Origin: Phyllobates terribilis
Taxonomy: Eukaryota
Length of the DNA: 64,000 nucleotides
Assembly (NCBI RefSeq): GCF_046119375.1
Contig: NW_027362767.1
Coordinates: forward strand, 6,138,001-6,202,000
Direction of reading: 5' to 3'
Notes under the pieces: generated by a model
Database searches by the model: none
Told to the model about the DNA's origin: nothing
Seen by the model: only the letters and a program-made list of their open reading frames with translations
Shown here: positions 36,101 through 51,100 of the stretch, one piece after another
Position numbering within the stretch: position 1 is the stretch's first letter
Layout of the letters: each line of letters starts with the position of its first letter
Translations under genes and position numbers: made by a program

Positions 36101-39100
36101 CTTTCCTCCATATGACCCTGCTTGCTATCTTATTAGCCAGTGGTCTTTCTTCCATATGACCCTGCTTGCTATATCTTATTGACCAGTGGTCTTTTCTACA
36201 TATGACCCTGCTTGCTATATCTTATTGACCAGTGGTCTTTCCTCCATATGACCCTGCTTGCTATATCTTATTAGCCAGTGGTCTTTCCTCCATATGACCC
36301 TGCTTGCTATATCTTATTAGCCAGTGGTCTTTTCTCCATATGACCCTGCTTGCTATCTTATTGACCAGTGGTCTTTTCTCCATATGACCCTGCTTGCTAT
36401 CTTATTGACCAGTGGTCTTTTCTCCATATGACCCTGCTTGCTATCTTATTGACCAGTGGTCTTTTCTCCATATGACCCTGCTTGCTATCTTATTGACCAG
36501 TGGTCTTTTCTCCATATGACCCTGCTTGCTATCTTATTAGCCAGTGGTCTTTCCTCCATATGACCCTGCTTGCTATATCTTATTGACCAGTGGTCTTTTC
36601 TCCATATGACCCTGCTTGCTATATCTTATTAGCCAGTGGTCTTTCCTCCATATGACCCTGCTTGCTATCTTATTAGCCAGTGGTCTTTCCTCCATATGAC
36701 CCTGCTTGCTATATCTTATTAGCCAGTGGTCTTTACTCCATATGACCCTGCTTGCTATATCTTATTGACCAGAGGTCTTTCCTCCATATGACCCTGCTTG
36801 CTATATCTTATTAGCCAGTGGTCTTTACTCCATATGACCCTGCTTGCTATCTTATTAGCCAGTGGTCTTTCCTCCATATGACCCTGCTTGCTATCTTATT
36901 GACCAGTGGTCTTTTCTCCATATGACCCTGCTTGCTATATCTTATTGACCAGTGGTCTTTGCTCCATATGACTCTGCTTGCTATCTTATTGACAAGTGGT
37001 CTTTCCTCCATATGACCCTGCTTGCTATATCTTATTAGCCAGTGGTCTTTCCTCCATATGACCCTGCTTGCTATATCTTATTAGCCAGTGGTCTTTCCTC
37101 CATATGACCCTGCGTGCTATCTTATTGACCAGTGGTGTTTCCTCCATATGACCCTGCTTGCTATATCTTATTAGCCAGTGGTCTTTCCTCCATATGACCC
37201 TGCTTGCTATCTTATTAGCCAGTGGTCTTTCCTCCATATGACCCTGCTTGCTATCTTATTGACCAGTGGTCTTTTCTCCATATGACCCTGCTTGCTATAT
37301 CTTATTGACCAGTGGTCTTTTCTCCATATGACCCTGCTTGCTATCTTATTGACCAGTGGTCTTTCCTCCATATGACCCTGCTTGCTATATCTTATTAGCC
37401 AGTGGTCTTTCCTCCATATGACCCAGCTTGCTATCTTATTAGCCAGTGGTCTTTGCTCTATATGACCCTGCTTGCTATCTTATTAGCCAGTGGTCTTTCC
37501 TCCATATGACCCTGCTTGCTATATCTTATTGACCAGTGGTCTTTTCTCCATATGACCCTGCTTGCTTTATCTTATTGACCAGTGGTCTTTTCTCCATATG
37601 ACCCTGCTTGCTATCTTATTGACCAGTGGTCTTTTCTCCATATGACCCTGCTTGCTATCTTATTGACCAGTGGTCTTTTCTCCATATGACCCTGCTTGCT
37701 ATATCTTATTGACCAGTGGTCTTTTCTCCATATGACCCTGCTTGCTATCTTATTGACCAGTGGTCTTTTCTCCATATGACCCTGCTTGCTATCTTATTAG
37801 CCAGTGGTCTTTCCTCCATATGACCCAGCTTGCTATCTTATTAGCCAGTGGTCTTTGCTCTATATGACCCTGCTTGCTATATCTTATTGACCAGTGGTCT
37901 TTCCTCCATATGACCCAGCTTGCTATCTTATTAGCCAGTGGTCTTTCCTCCATATGACCCTGCTTGCTATATCTTATTGACCAGTGGTCTTTTCTCCATA
38001 TGACTCTGCTTGCTATCTTATTGACCAGTGGTCTTTCCTCAATATGACCCTGCTTGCTATCTTATTGACCAGTGGTCTTTCCTCAATATGACCCTGCTTG
38101 CTATCTTATTGACCAGTGGTCTTTTCTCCATATGACCCTGCTTGCTATATCTTATTGACCAGTGTTCTTTTCTCCATATGACCCTGCTTGCTATATCTTA
38201 TTGACCAGTGGTCTTTCCTCAATATGACCCTGCTTGCTATCTTATTGACCAGTGGTCTTTCCTCCATATGACCCTGCTTGCTATATCTTATTATCCAGTG
38301 GTCTTTTCTCCATATGACCATGCTTGCTATCTTATTGACCAGTGCTTTTTCCTCCATATGACCCTGCTTGCTATCTTATTGACCAGTGGTCTTTCCTCCA
38401 TATGACCCTGCTTGCTATATCTTATTGACAAGTGGTCTTTCCTCCATATGACCCTGCTTGCTATCTTATTATCCAGTGGTCTTTCCTCCATATGACCCTG
38501 CTTGCTATATCTTATTATCCAGTGGTCTTTTCTCCATATGACCCTGCTTGCTATCTTATTGACCAGTGCTTTTTCTCCATATGACCCTGCTTGCTATCTT
38601 ATTGACCAGTGGTCTTTCCTCCATATGACCCTGCTTGCTATCTTATTGACCATTGGTCTTTCCTTCATATGACCCTGCTTGCTATATCTTATTGACCAGA
38701 GGTCTTTTCTCCATATGACCCTGCTTGCTATATCTTATTGACCAGTGGTCTTTTCTCCATATGACCCTGCTTGCTATCTTATTAGCCAGTGGTCTTTTCT
38801 CCATATGACCCTGCTTGCTATCTTATTGACCAGTGGTCTTTCCTCCATATGACCCTGCTTGCTATATCTTATTAGCCAGTGGTCTTTCCTCCATATGACC
38901 CTGCTTGCTATATCTTATTGACCAGTGGTCTTTTCTCCATATGACCCTGCTTGCTATATCTTATTGACCAGTGGTCTTTTCTCCATATGACCCTGCTTGC
39001 TATCTTATTAGCCAGTGGTCTTTTCTCCATATGACCCTGCTTGCCATCTTATTGACCAGTGGTCTTTCCTCCATATGACCCTGCTTGCTATATCTTATTA

Positions 39101-42100
39101 GCCAGTGGTCTTTCCTCCATATGACCCTGCTTGCTATATCTTATGGACCAGTGGTCTTTTCTCCATATGACCCTGCTTGCTATATCTTATTGACCAGTGG
39201 TCTTTCCTCCATATGACCCTGCTTGCTATCTTATTAGCCAGTGGTCTTTCCTCCATATGACTCTGCTTGCTATATCTTATTATCCAGTGGTCTTTTCTCC
39301 ATATGACCCTGCTTGCTATCTTATTGACCAGTGGTCTTTTCTCCATATGACCCTGCTTGCTATCTAATTGACCAGTGGTCTTTTCTCCATATGACCCTGC
39401 TTGCTATCTTATTGACCAGTGCTCTTTTCTCCATATGACCCTGCTTGCTATATCTTATTGACCAGTGGTCTTTTCTCCATATGACCCTGCTTGCTATCTT
39501 ATTGACCAGTGGTCTTTTCTCCATATGACCCTGCTTGCTATCTTATTGACCAGTGGTCTTTCCTCCATATGACCCTGCTTGCTATATCTTATTAGCCAGT
39601 GGTCTTTCCTCCATATGACCCTGCTTGCTATATCTTATTGACCAGTGGTCTTTTCTCCATATGACCCTGCTTGCTATATCTTATTGACCAGTGGTCTTTT
39701 CTCCATATGACCCTGCTTGCTATCTTATTAGCCAGTGGTCTTTTCTCCATATGACCCTGCTTGCCATCTTATTGACCAGTGGTCTTTCCTCCATATGACC
39801 CTGCTTGCTATATCTTATTAGCCAGTGGTCTTTCCTCCATATGACCCTGCTTGCTATATCTTATGGACCAGTGGTCTTTTCTCCATATGACCCTGCTTGC
39901 TATATCTTATTGACCAGTGGTCTTTCCTCCATATGACCCTGCTTGCTATCTTATTAGCCAGTGGTCTTTCCTCCATATGACTCTGCTTGCTATATCTTAT
40001 TATCCAGTGGTCTTTCCTCCATATGACCCTGCTTGCTATCTTATTGACCAGTGGTTTTTTCTCCATATGACCCTGCTTGCTATCTTATTGACCAGTGGTC
40101 TTTTCTCCATATGACCCTGCTTGCTATCTTATTGACCAGTGGTTTTTTCTCCATATGACCCTGCTTGCTATCTTATTGACCAGTGGTCTTTTCTCCATAT
40201 GACCCTGCTTGCTATCTTATTGACCAGTCGTCTTTTCTCCATATGACCCTGCTTGCTATCTTATTGACCAGTGGTCTTTTGTCCATATGACCCTGCTTGC
40301 TATCTTATTGACCAGTGGTCTTTTCTCCATATGACCCTGCTTGCTATCTTATTGACCAGTGGTCTTTTCTCCATATGACCCTGCTTGCTATATCTTATTG
40401 ACCAGTGGTCTTTTCTCCATATGACCCTGCTTGCTATCTTATTGACCAGTGGTCTTTTCTCCATATGACCCTGCTTGCTATCTTATTAGCCAGTGGTCTT
40501 TCCTCCATATGACCCTGCTTGCTATCTTATTAGCCAGTGGTCTTTCCTCCATATGACCCTGCTTGCTATATCTTATTGACCAGTGGTCTTTCCTCCATAT
40601 GACCCTGCTTGCTATCTTATTAGCCAGTGGTCTTTGCTCCATATGACCCTGCTTGCTATCTTATTAGCCAGTGGTCTTTCCTCCATATGACCCTGCTTGC
40701 TATATCTTATTGACCAGGGGTCTTTCCTCCATATGACCCTGCTTGCTATATCTTATTGACCAGTGGTCTTTTCTCCATATGACCCTGCTTGCTATCTTAT
40801 TGACCAGTGGTCTTTTCTCCATATGACCCTGCTTGCTATATCTTATTGACCAGTGGTCTTTTCTCCATATGACCCTGCTTGCTATCTTATTGACCAGTGG
40901 TCTTTTCTCCATATGACCCTGCTTGCTATATCTTATTGACCAGTGGTCTTTTCTCCATATGACCCTGCTTGCTATATCTTATTGACCAGTGGTCTTTTCT
41001 CCATATGACCCTCCTTGCTATGTTATTGACCAGTGGTCTTTCCTCCATATGACCCTGCTTGCTATCTTATTGACCATTGGTCTTTCCTTCATATGACCCT
41101 GCTTGCTATATCTTATTGACCAGAGGTCTTTTCTCCATATGACCCTGCTTGCTATATCTTATTGACCAGTGGTCTTTTCTCCATATGACCCTGCTTGCTA
41201 TCTTATTAGCCAGTGGTCTTTTCTCCATATGACCCTGCTTGCTATCTTATTGACCAGTGGTCTTTCCTCCATATGACCCTGCTTGCTATATCTTATTAGC
41301 CAGTGGTCTTTCCTCCATATGACCCTGCTTGCTATATCTTATTGACCAGTGGTCTTTTCTCCATATGACCCTGCTTGCTATATCTTATTGACCAGTGGTC
41401 TTTTCTCCATATGACCCTGCTTGCTATCTTATTAGCCAGTGGTCTTTTCTCCATATGACCCTGCTTGCCATCTTATTGACCAGTGGTCTTTCCTCCATAT
41501 GACCCTGCTTGCTCTATCTTATTAGCCAGTGGTCTTTCCTCCATATGACCCTGCTTGCTATATCTTATGGACCAGTGGTCTTTTCTCCATATGACCCTGC
41601 TTGCTATATCTTATTGACCAGTGGTCTTTCCTCCATATGACCCTGCTTGCTATCTTATTAGCCAGTGGTCTTTCCTCCATATGACTCTGCTTGCTATATC
41701 TTATTATCCAGTGGTCTTTTCTCCATATGACCCTGCTTGCTATCTTATTGACCAGTGGTCTTTTCTCCATATGACCCTGCTTGCTATCTTATTGACCAGT
41801 GGTCTTTTCTCCATATGACCCTGCTTGCTATCTTATTGACCAGTGCTCTTTTCTCCATATGACCCTGCTTGCTATATCTTATTGACCAGTGGTCTTTTCT
41901 CCATATGACCCTGCTTGCTATCTTATTGACCAGTGGTCTTTTCTCCATATGACCCTGCTTGCTATCTTATTGACCAGTGGTCTTTCCTCCATATGACCCT
42001 GCTTGCTATATCTTATTAGCCAGTGGTCTTTCCTCCATATGACCCTGCTTGCTATATCTTATTGACCAGTGGTCTTTTCTCCATATGACCCTGCTTGCTA

Positions 42101-45100
42101 TATCTTATTGACCAGTGGTCTTTTCTCCATATGACCCTGCTTGCTATCTTATTAGCCAGTGGTCTTTTCTCCATATGACCCTGCTTGCCATCTTATTGAC
42201 CAGTGGTCTTTCCTCCATATGACCCTGCTTGCTATATCTTATTAGCCAGTGGTCTTTCCTCCATATGACCCTGCTTGCTATATCTTATGGACCAGTGGTC
42301 TTTTCTCCATATGACCCTGCTTGCTATATCTTATTGACCAGTGGTCTTTCCTCCATATGACCCTGCTTGCTATCTTATTAGCCAGTGGTCTTTCCTCCAT
42401 ATGACTCTGCTTGCTATATCTTATTATCCAGTGGTCTTTCCTCCATATGACCCTGCTTGCTATCTTATTCACCAGTGGTTTTTTCTCCATATGACCCTAC
42501 TTGCTATCTTATTGACCAGTGGTCTTTTCTCCATATGACCCTGCTTGCTATCTTATTGACCAGTCGTCTTTTCTCCATATGACCCTGCTTGCTATCTTAT
42601 TGACCAGTGGTCTTTTCTCCATATGACCCTGCTTGCTATCTTATTGACCAGTGGTCTTTTCTCCATATGACCCTGCTTGCTATCTTATTGACCAGTGGTC
42701 TTTTCTCCATATGACCCTGCTTGCTATATCTTATTGACCAGTGGTCTTTTCTCCATATGACCCTGCTTGCTATCTTATTGACCAGTGGTCTTTTCTCCAT
42801 ATGACCCTGCTTGCTATCTTATTAGCCAGTGGTCTTTCCTCCATATGACCCTGCTTGCTATCTTATTAGCCAGTGGTCTTTCCTCCATATGACCCTGCTT
42901 GCTATATCTTATTGACCAGTGGTCTTTTCTCCATATGACCCTGCTTGCTATCTTATTGACCAGTGGTCTTTCCTCCATATGACCCTGCTTGCTATCTTAT
43001 TAGCCAGTGGTCTTTGCTCCATATGACCCTGCTTGCTATCTTATTAGCCAGTGGTCTTTCCTCCATATGACCCTGCTTGCTATATCTTATTGACCAGGGG
43101 TCTTTCCTCCATATGACCCTGCTTGCTATATCTTATTGACCAGTGGTATTTTCTCCATGTGACCCTGCTTGCTATCTTATTGACCAGTGGTCTTTTCTCC
43201 ATATGACCCTGCTTGCTATATCTTATTGACCAGTGGTCTTTTCTCCATATGACCCTGCTTGCTATCTTATTGACCAGTGGTCTTTTCTCCATATGACCCT
43301 GCTTGCTATATCTTATTGACCAGTGGTCTTTTCTCCATATGACCCTCCTTGCTATGTTATTGACCAGTGGTCTTTCCTCCATATGACCCTGCTTGCTATA
43401 TCTTATTAGCCAGTGGTCTTTCCTCCATATGACTCTGCTTGCTATGTTATTGACCAGTGGTCTTTCCTCCATATGACCCTGCTTGCTATATCTTATTAGC
43501 CAGTGGTCTTTCCTCTATATGACCCTGCTTGCTATATCTTATTGACCAGTGGTCTTTTCTCCATATGACCCTGCTTGCTATATCTTATTGACCAGTGGTC
43601 TTTCCTCCATATGACTCTGCTTATTATGTTATTGACCAGTGGTCTTTTCTCCATATGACCCTGCTTGCTATCTTATTGACCAGTGGTCTTTTCTCCATAT
43701 GACCCTGCTTGCTATCTTATTGACCAGTGGTCTTTTCTCCATATGACCCTGCTTGCTATATCTTATTGACCAGTGGTCTTTTCTCCATATGACCCTGCTT
43801 GCTATCTTATTAGCCAGTGGTCGTTTCTCCATATGACCCTGCTTGCTATGTTATTGACCAGTGGTCTTTCCTCCATATGACCCTGCTTGCTATATCTTAT
43901 TGACCAGTGGTCTTTTCTCCATATGACCCTGCTTGCTATATCTTATTGACCAGTGGTCTTTCCTCCATATGACTCTGCTTATTATGTTATTGACCAGTGG
44001 TCTTTTCTCCATATGACCCTGCTTGCTATCTTATTGACCAGTGGTCTTTTCTCCATATGACCCTGCTTGCTATCTTATTGACCAGTGGTCTTTTCTCCAT
44101 ATGACCCTGCTTGCTATATCTTATTGACCAGTGGTCTTTTCTCCATATGACCCTGCTTGCTATATCTTATTGACCAGTGGTCTTTCCTCTATATGACTCT
44201 GCTTGCTATGTTATTGACCAGTGGTCTTTTCTCCATATAACCCTGCTTGCTATCTTATTGACCTGTGGTCTTTTCTCCATATGACCCTGCTTGCTATCTT
44301 ATTGACCAGTGGTCTTTCCTCCATATGACCCTGCTTGCTATCTTATTAGCCAGTAGTCTTTCCTCCATATGACTCTGCTTGCTAAGTTATTGACCAGTGG
44401 TCTTTTCTCCATATGACCCTGCTTGCTATATTATTGACCAGTGGCCTTTTCTCCATATGACCCTGCTTGCTATCTTATTGACCAGTGGTCTTTTCTCCAT
44501 ATGACCCTGCTTGCTATATCTTATTGACCAGTGGTCTTTCCTCCATATGACTCTGCTTATTATGTTATTGACCAGTGGTCTTTTCTCCATATGACCCTGC
44601 TTGCTATCTTATTGACCAGTGGTCTTTTCTCCATATGACCCTGCTTGCTATCTTATTGACCAGTGGTCTTTTCTCCATATGACCCTGCTTGCTATATCTT
44701 ATTGACCAGTGGTCTTTTCTCCATATGACCCTGCTTGCTATATCTTATTGACCAGTGGTCTTTCCTCTATATGACTCTGCTTGCTATGTTATTGACCAGT
44801 GGTCTTTTCTCCATATAACCCTGCTTGCTATCTTATTGACCTGTGGTCTTTTCTCCATATGACCCTGCTTGCTATCTTATTGACCAGTGGTCTTTCCTCC
44901 ATATGACCCTGCTTGCTATCTTATTAGCCAGTAGTCTTTCCTCCATATGACCCTACTTGCTATATCTTATTGACCAGTGGTCTTTTCTCCATATGACCCT
45001 GCTTGCTATATCTTATTGACCAGTGGTCTTTTCTCCATATGACCCTGCTTGCTATCTTATTAGCCAGTAGTCTTTCCTCCATATGACCCTGCTTGCTATA

Positions 45101-48100
45101 TCTTATTGACCAGTGGTCTTTCCTCTATATGACTCTGCTTGCTATGTTATTGACCAGTGGTCTTTTCTCCATATGACCCTGCTTGCTATCTTATTGACCT
45201 GTGGTCTTTTCTCCATATGACCCTGCTTGCTATCTTATTGACCAGTGGTCTTTCCTCCATATGACCCTGCTTGCTATCTTATTAGCCAGTAGTCTTTCCT
45301 CCATATGACTCTGCTTGCTAAGTTATTGACCAGTGGTCTTTTCTCCATATGACCCTGCTTGCTATATTATTGACCAGTGGCCTTTTCTCCATATGACCCT
45401 GCTTGCTATCTTATTGACCAGTGGTCTTTTCTCCATATGACCCTGCTTGCTATATCTTATTGACCAGTGGTCTTTCCTCCATATGACCCTGCTTGCTATC
45501 TTATTATCCAGTGGTCTTTTCTCCATATGACCCTGCTTGCTATCTTATTGACCAGTGCTTTTTCCTCCATATGACCCTGCTTGCTATCTTTTTGACCAGT
45601 GGTCTTTTCTCCATATGACCCTGCTTGCTATCTTATTGACCAGTGGTCTTTTCTCCATATGACCCTGCTTGCTATCTTATTGACCAGTGGTCTTTTCTCC
45701 ATATGACCCTGCTTGCTATATCTTGTTGACCAGTGGTCTTTTCTCCATATGACCCTGCTTGCTATCTTATTGACCAGTGGTCTTTTCTCCATATGACCCT
45801 GCTTGCTATATCTTATTGACCAGTGGTCTTTTCTCCATATGACCCTGCTTGCTATCTTATTAGCCAGTGGTCTTTCCTCCATATGACCCTGCTTGATATA
45901 TCTTATTGACCAGTGGTCTTTTCTCCATATGACCCTGCTTGCTATCTTATTAGCCAGTGGTATTTCCTCCATATGACCCTGCTTGGTATCTTATTAGCCA
46001 GTGGTCTTTTCTCCATATGACCCTGCTTGCTATCTCTTATTGACCAGTGGTCTTTCCTCCATATGACCCTGCTTGCTATCTTATTAGCCAGTGGTCTTTG
46101 CTCCATATGACCCTGCTTGCTATCTTATTAGCCAGTGGTCTTTCCTCCATATGACCCTGCTTGCTATATCTTATTGACCAGGGGTCTTTCCTCCATATGA
46201 CCCTGCTTGCTATATCTTATTGACCAGTGGTCTTTTCTCCATATGACCCTGCTTGCTATCTTATTGACCAGTGGTCTTTTCTCCATATGACCCTGCTTGC
46301 TATCTTATTGACCTGTGGTCTTTTCTCCATATGACCCTGCTTGCTATCTTATTGACCAGTGGTCTTTCCTCCATATGACCCTGCTTGCTATCTTATTAGC
46401 CAGTAGTCTTTCCTCCATATGACCCTACTTGCTATATCTTATTGACCAGTGGTCTTTTCTCCATATGACCCTGCTTGCTATATCTTATTGACCAGTGGTC
46501 TTTCCTCTATATGACTCTGCTTGCTATGTTATTGACCAGTGGTCTTTTCTCCATATGACCCTGCTTGCTATCTTATTGACCAGTGCTTTTTCCTCCATAT
46601 GACCCTGCTTGCTATCTTTTTGACCAGTGGTCTTTTCTCCATATGACCCTGCTTGCTATCTTATTGACCAGTGGTCTTTTCTCCATATGACCCTGCTTGC
46701 TATCTTATTGACCAGTGGTCTTTTCTCCATATGACCCTGCTTGCTATATCTTGTTGACCAGTGGTCTTTTCTCCATATGACCCTGCTTGCTATCTTATTG
46801 ACCAGTGGTCTTTTCTCCATATGACCCTGCTTGCTATATCTTATTGACCAGTGGTCTTTTCTCCATATGACCCTGCTTGCTATCTTATTAGCCAGTGGTC
46901 TTTCCTCCATATGACCCTGCTTGCTATCTTATTAGCCAGTAGTCTTTCCTCCATATGACTCTGCTTGCTAAGTTATTGACCAGTGGTCTTTTCTCCATAT
47001 TACCCTGCTTGCTATATTATTGACCAGTGGCCTTTTCTCCATATGACCCTGCTTGCTATCTTATTGACCAGTGGTCTTTTCTCCATATGACCCTGCTTGC
47101 TATATCTTATTGACCAGTGGTCTTTCCTCCATATGACCCTGCTTGCTATCTTATTATCCAGTGGTCTTTTCTCCATATGACCCTGCTTGCTATCTTATTG
47201 ACCAGTGCTTTTTCCTCCATATGACCCTGCTTGCTATCTTTTTGACCAGTGGTCTTTTCTCCATATGACCCTGCTTGCTATCTTATTGACCAGTGGTCTT
47301 TTCTCCATATGACCCTGCTTGCTATCTTATTGACCAGTGGTCTTTTCTCCATATGACCCTGCTTGCTATATCTTGTTGACCAGTGGTCTTTTCTCCATAT
47401 GACCCTGCTTGCTATCTTATTGACCAGTGGTCTTTTCTCCATATGACCCTGCTTGCTATATCTTATTGACCAGTGGTCTTTTCTCCATATGACCCTGCTT
47501 GCTATCTTATTAGCCAGTGGTCTTTCCTCCATATGACCCTGCTTGCTATCTTATTAGCCAGTGGTCTTTCCTCCATATGACCCTGCTTGCTATATCTTAT
47601 TGACCAGTGGTCTTTTCTCCATATGACCCTGCTTGCTATCTTATTAGCCAGTGGTATTTCCTCCATATGACCCTGCTTGCTATCTTATTAGCCAGTGGTC
47701 TTTTCTCCATATGACCCTGCTTGCTATCTCTTATTGACCAGTGGTCTTTCCTCCATATGACCCTGCTTGCTATCTTATTAGCCAGTGGTCTTTGCTCCAT
47801 ATGACCCTGCTTGCTATCTTATTAGCCAGTGGTCTTTCCTCCATATGACCCTGCTTGCTATATCTTATTGACCAGGGGTCTTTCCTCCATATGACCCTGC
47901 TTGCTATATCTTATTGACCAGTGGTCTTTTCTCCATATGACCCTGCTTGCTATCTTATTGACCAGTGGTCTTTTCTCCATATGACCCTGCTTGCTATATC
48001 TTATTGACCAGTGGTCTTTTCTCCATATGACCCTGCTTGCTATCTTATTGACCAGTGGTCTTTTCTCCATATGACCCTGCTTGCTATATCTTATTGACCA

Positions 48101-51100
48101 GTGGTCTTTTCTCCATATGACCCTGCTTGCTATCTTATTGACCAGTGGTCTTTTCTCCATATGACCCTGCTTGCTATATCTTATTGACCAGTGGTCTTTT
48201 CTCCATATGACCCTGCTTGCTATATCTTATTGACCAGTGGTCTTTCCTCCATATGACCCTGCTTGCTATCTTATTAGCCAGTGGTCTTTCCTCCATATGA
48301 CCCTGCTTGCTATCTTATTAGCCAGTGGTCTTTCCTCCATATGACCCTGCTTGCTATATCTTATTGACCAGTGGTCTTCCCTCCATATGACCCTGCTTGC
48401 TATCTTATTAGCCAGTGGTATTTCCTCCATATGACCCTGCTTGCTATCTTATTAGCCAGTGGTCTTCTCTCCATATGACCCTGCTTGCTATATCTTATTG
48501 ACCAGTGGTCTTTCCTCCATATGACCCTGCTTGCTATCTTATTAGCCAGTGGTCTTTGCTCCATATGACCCTGCTTGCTATCTTATTAGCCAGTGGTCTT
48601 TCCTCCATATGACCCTGCTTGCTATATCTTATTGACCAGGGGTCTTTCCTCCATATGACCCTGCTTGCTATATCTTATTGACCAGTGGTCTTTTCTCCAT
48701 ATGACCCTGCTTGCTATCTTATTGACCAGTGGTCTTTTCTCCATATGACCCTGCTTGCTATATCTTATTGACCAGTGGTCTTTTCTCCATATGACCCTGC
48801 TTGCTATCTTATTGACCAGTGGTCTTTTCTCCATATGACACTGCTTGCTATATCTTATTGACCAGTGGTCTTTTCTCCATATGACCCTGCTTGCTATATT
48901 ATTGACCAGTGGTCTTTCCTCCATATGACCCTGCTTGCTATATCTTATTAGCCAGTGGTCTTTCCTCCATATGACTCTGCTTGCTATGTTATTGACCAGT
49001 GGTCTTTCCTCCATATGACCCTGCTTGCTATATCTTATTAGCCAGTGGTCTTTCCTCCATATGACCCTGCTTGCTATATCTTATTGACCAGTGGTCTTTT
49101 CTCCATATGACCCTGCTTGCTATATCTTATTGACCAGTGGTCTTTCCTCCATATGACTCTGCTTGTTATGTTATTGACCAGTGGTCTTTTCTCCATATGA
49201 CCCTGCTTGCTATCTTATTGACCAGTGGTCTTTTCTCCATATGACCCTGCTTGCTATCTTATTGACCAGTGGTCTTTTCTCCATATGACCCTGCTTGCTA
49301 TATCTTATTGACCAGTGTTCTTTTCTCCATATGACCCTGCTTGCTATCTTATTGACCAGTGGTCTTTTCTCCATATGACCCTGCTTGCTATATCTTATTG
49401 ACCAGTGGTCTTTTCTCCATATGACCCTGATTGCTATCTTATTAGCCAGTGGTCTTTTCTCCATATGACCCTGCTTGCTATGTTATTGACCAGTGGTCTT
49501 TCCTCCATATGACTCTGCTTGCTATATCTTATTGACCAGTGGTCTTTTCTCCATATGACCCTGCTTGCTATCTTATTAGCCAGTGGTCTTTTCTCCATAT
49601 GACCCTGCTTGCTATGTTATTGACCAGTGGTCTTTCCTCCAAATGACCCTGCTTGCTATATCTTATTGACCAGTGGTCTTTTCTCCATATGACCCTGCTT
49701 GCTATATCTTATTGACCAGTGCTCTTTTCTCCATATGACCCTGCTTGCTATCTTATTAGCCAGTGGTCTTTCCTCCATATGACCCTACTTGCTATATCTT
49801 ATTGACCAGTGATCTTTTCTCCATATGACCCTGCTTGCTATATCTTATTGACCAGTGGTCTTTCCTCCATATGACTCTGCTTGCTATGTTATTGACCAGT
49901 GGTCTTTTCTCCATATGACCCTGCTTGCTATCTTATTGACCAGTGGTCTTTTCTCCATATGACCCTGCTTGCTATGTTATTGACCAGTGGTCTTTTCTCC
50001 ATATGACCCTGCTTGCTATATTATTGACCAGTGGCCTTTTCTCCATATGACCCTGCTTGCTATCTTATTGACCAGTGGTCTTTTCTCCATATGACCCTGC
50101 TTGCTATCTTATTGACCAGTGGTCTTTTCTCCATATGACCCTGCTTGCTATATCTTATTGACCAGTGGTCTTTTCTCCATATGACCCTGCTTGCTATCTT
50201 ATTAGCCAGTGGTATTTCCTCCATATGACCCTGCTTGTTATCTTATTAGCCAGTGGTCTTTGCTCCATATGACCCTGCTTGCTATATCTTATTGACCAGG
50301 GGTCTTTCCTCCATATGACCCTGCTTGCTATATCTTATTGACCAGGGGTCTTTCCTCCATATGACCCTGCTTGCTATATCTTATTGACCAGTGGTCTTTT
50401 CTCCATATGACCCTGCTTGCTATCTTATTGACCAGTGATCTTTTCTCCATATGACCCTGCTTGCTATATCTTATTGACCAGTGGTCTTTTCTCCATATGA
50501 CCCTGCTTACTATCTTATTGACCAGTAGTCTTAGCTCCATATGACCCTGCTTGCTATCTTATTGACAAGTGGTCTTTCCTCCATATGACCCTGCTTGCTA
50601 TATCTTATTAGCCAGTGGTCTTTCCTCCATATGACCCTGCTTGCTATCTTATTGACCAGTGGTGTTTCCTCCATATGACCCTGCTTGCTATATCTTATTG
50701 ACCAGAGGTCTTTCCTCCATATGACCCTGCTTGCTATCTTATTAGCCAGTGGTCTTTCCTCCATATGACCCTGCTTGCTATCTTATTAGCCAGTGGTCTT
50801 TCCTCCATATGACCCTGCTTGCTATCTTATTAGCCAGTGGTCTTTCCTCCATATGACCCTGCTTGCTATATCTTATTGACCAGTGGTCTTTTCTCCATAT
50901 GACCCTGCTTGCTATCTTATTGACCAGTGGTCTTTCCTCCATATGACCCTGCTTGCTATATCTTATTAGCCAGTGGTCTTTCCTCCATATGACCCAGCTT
51001 GCTATCTTATTAGCCAGTGGTCTTTCCTCCATATGACCCTGCTTGCTATATCTTATTGACCAGTGGTCTTTTCTCCATATGACCCTGCTTGCTATATCTT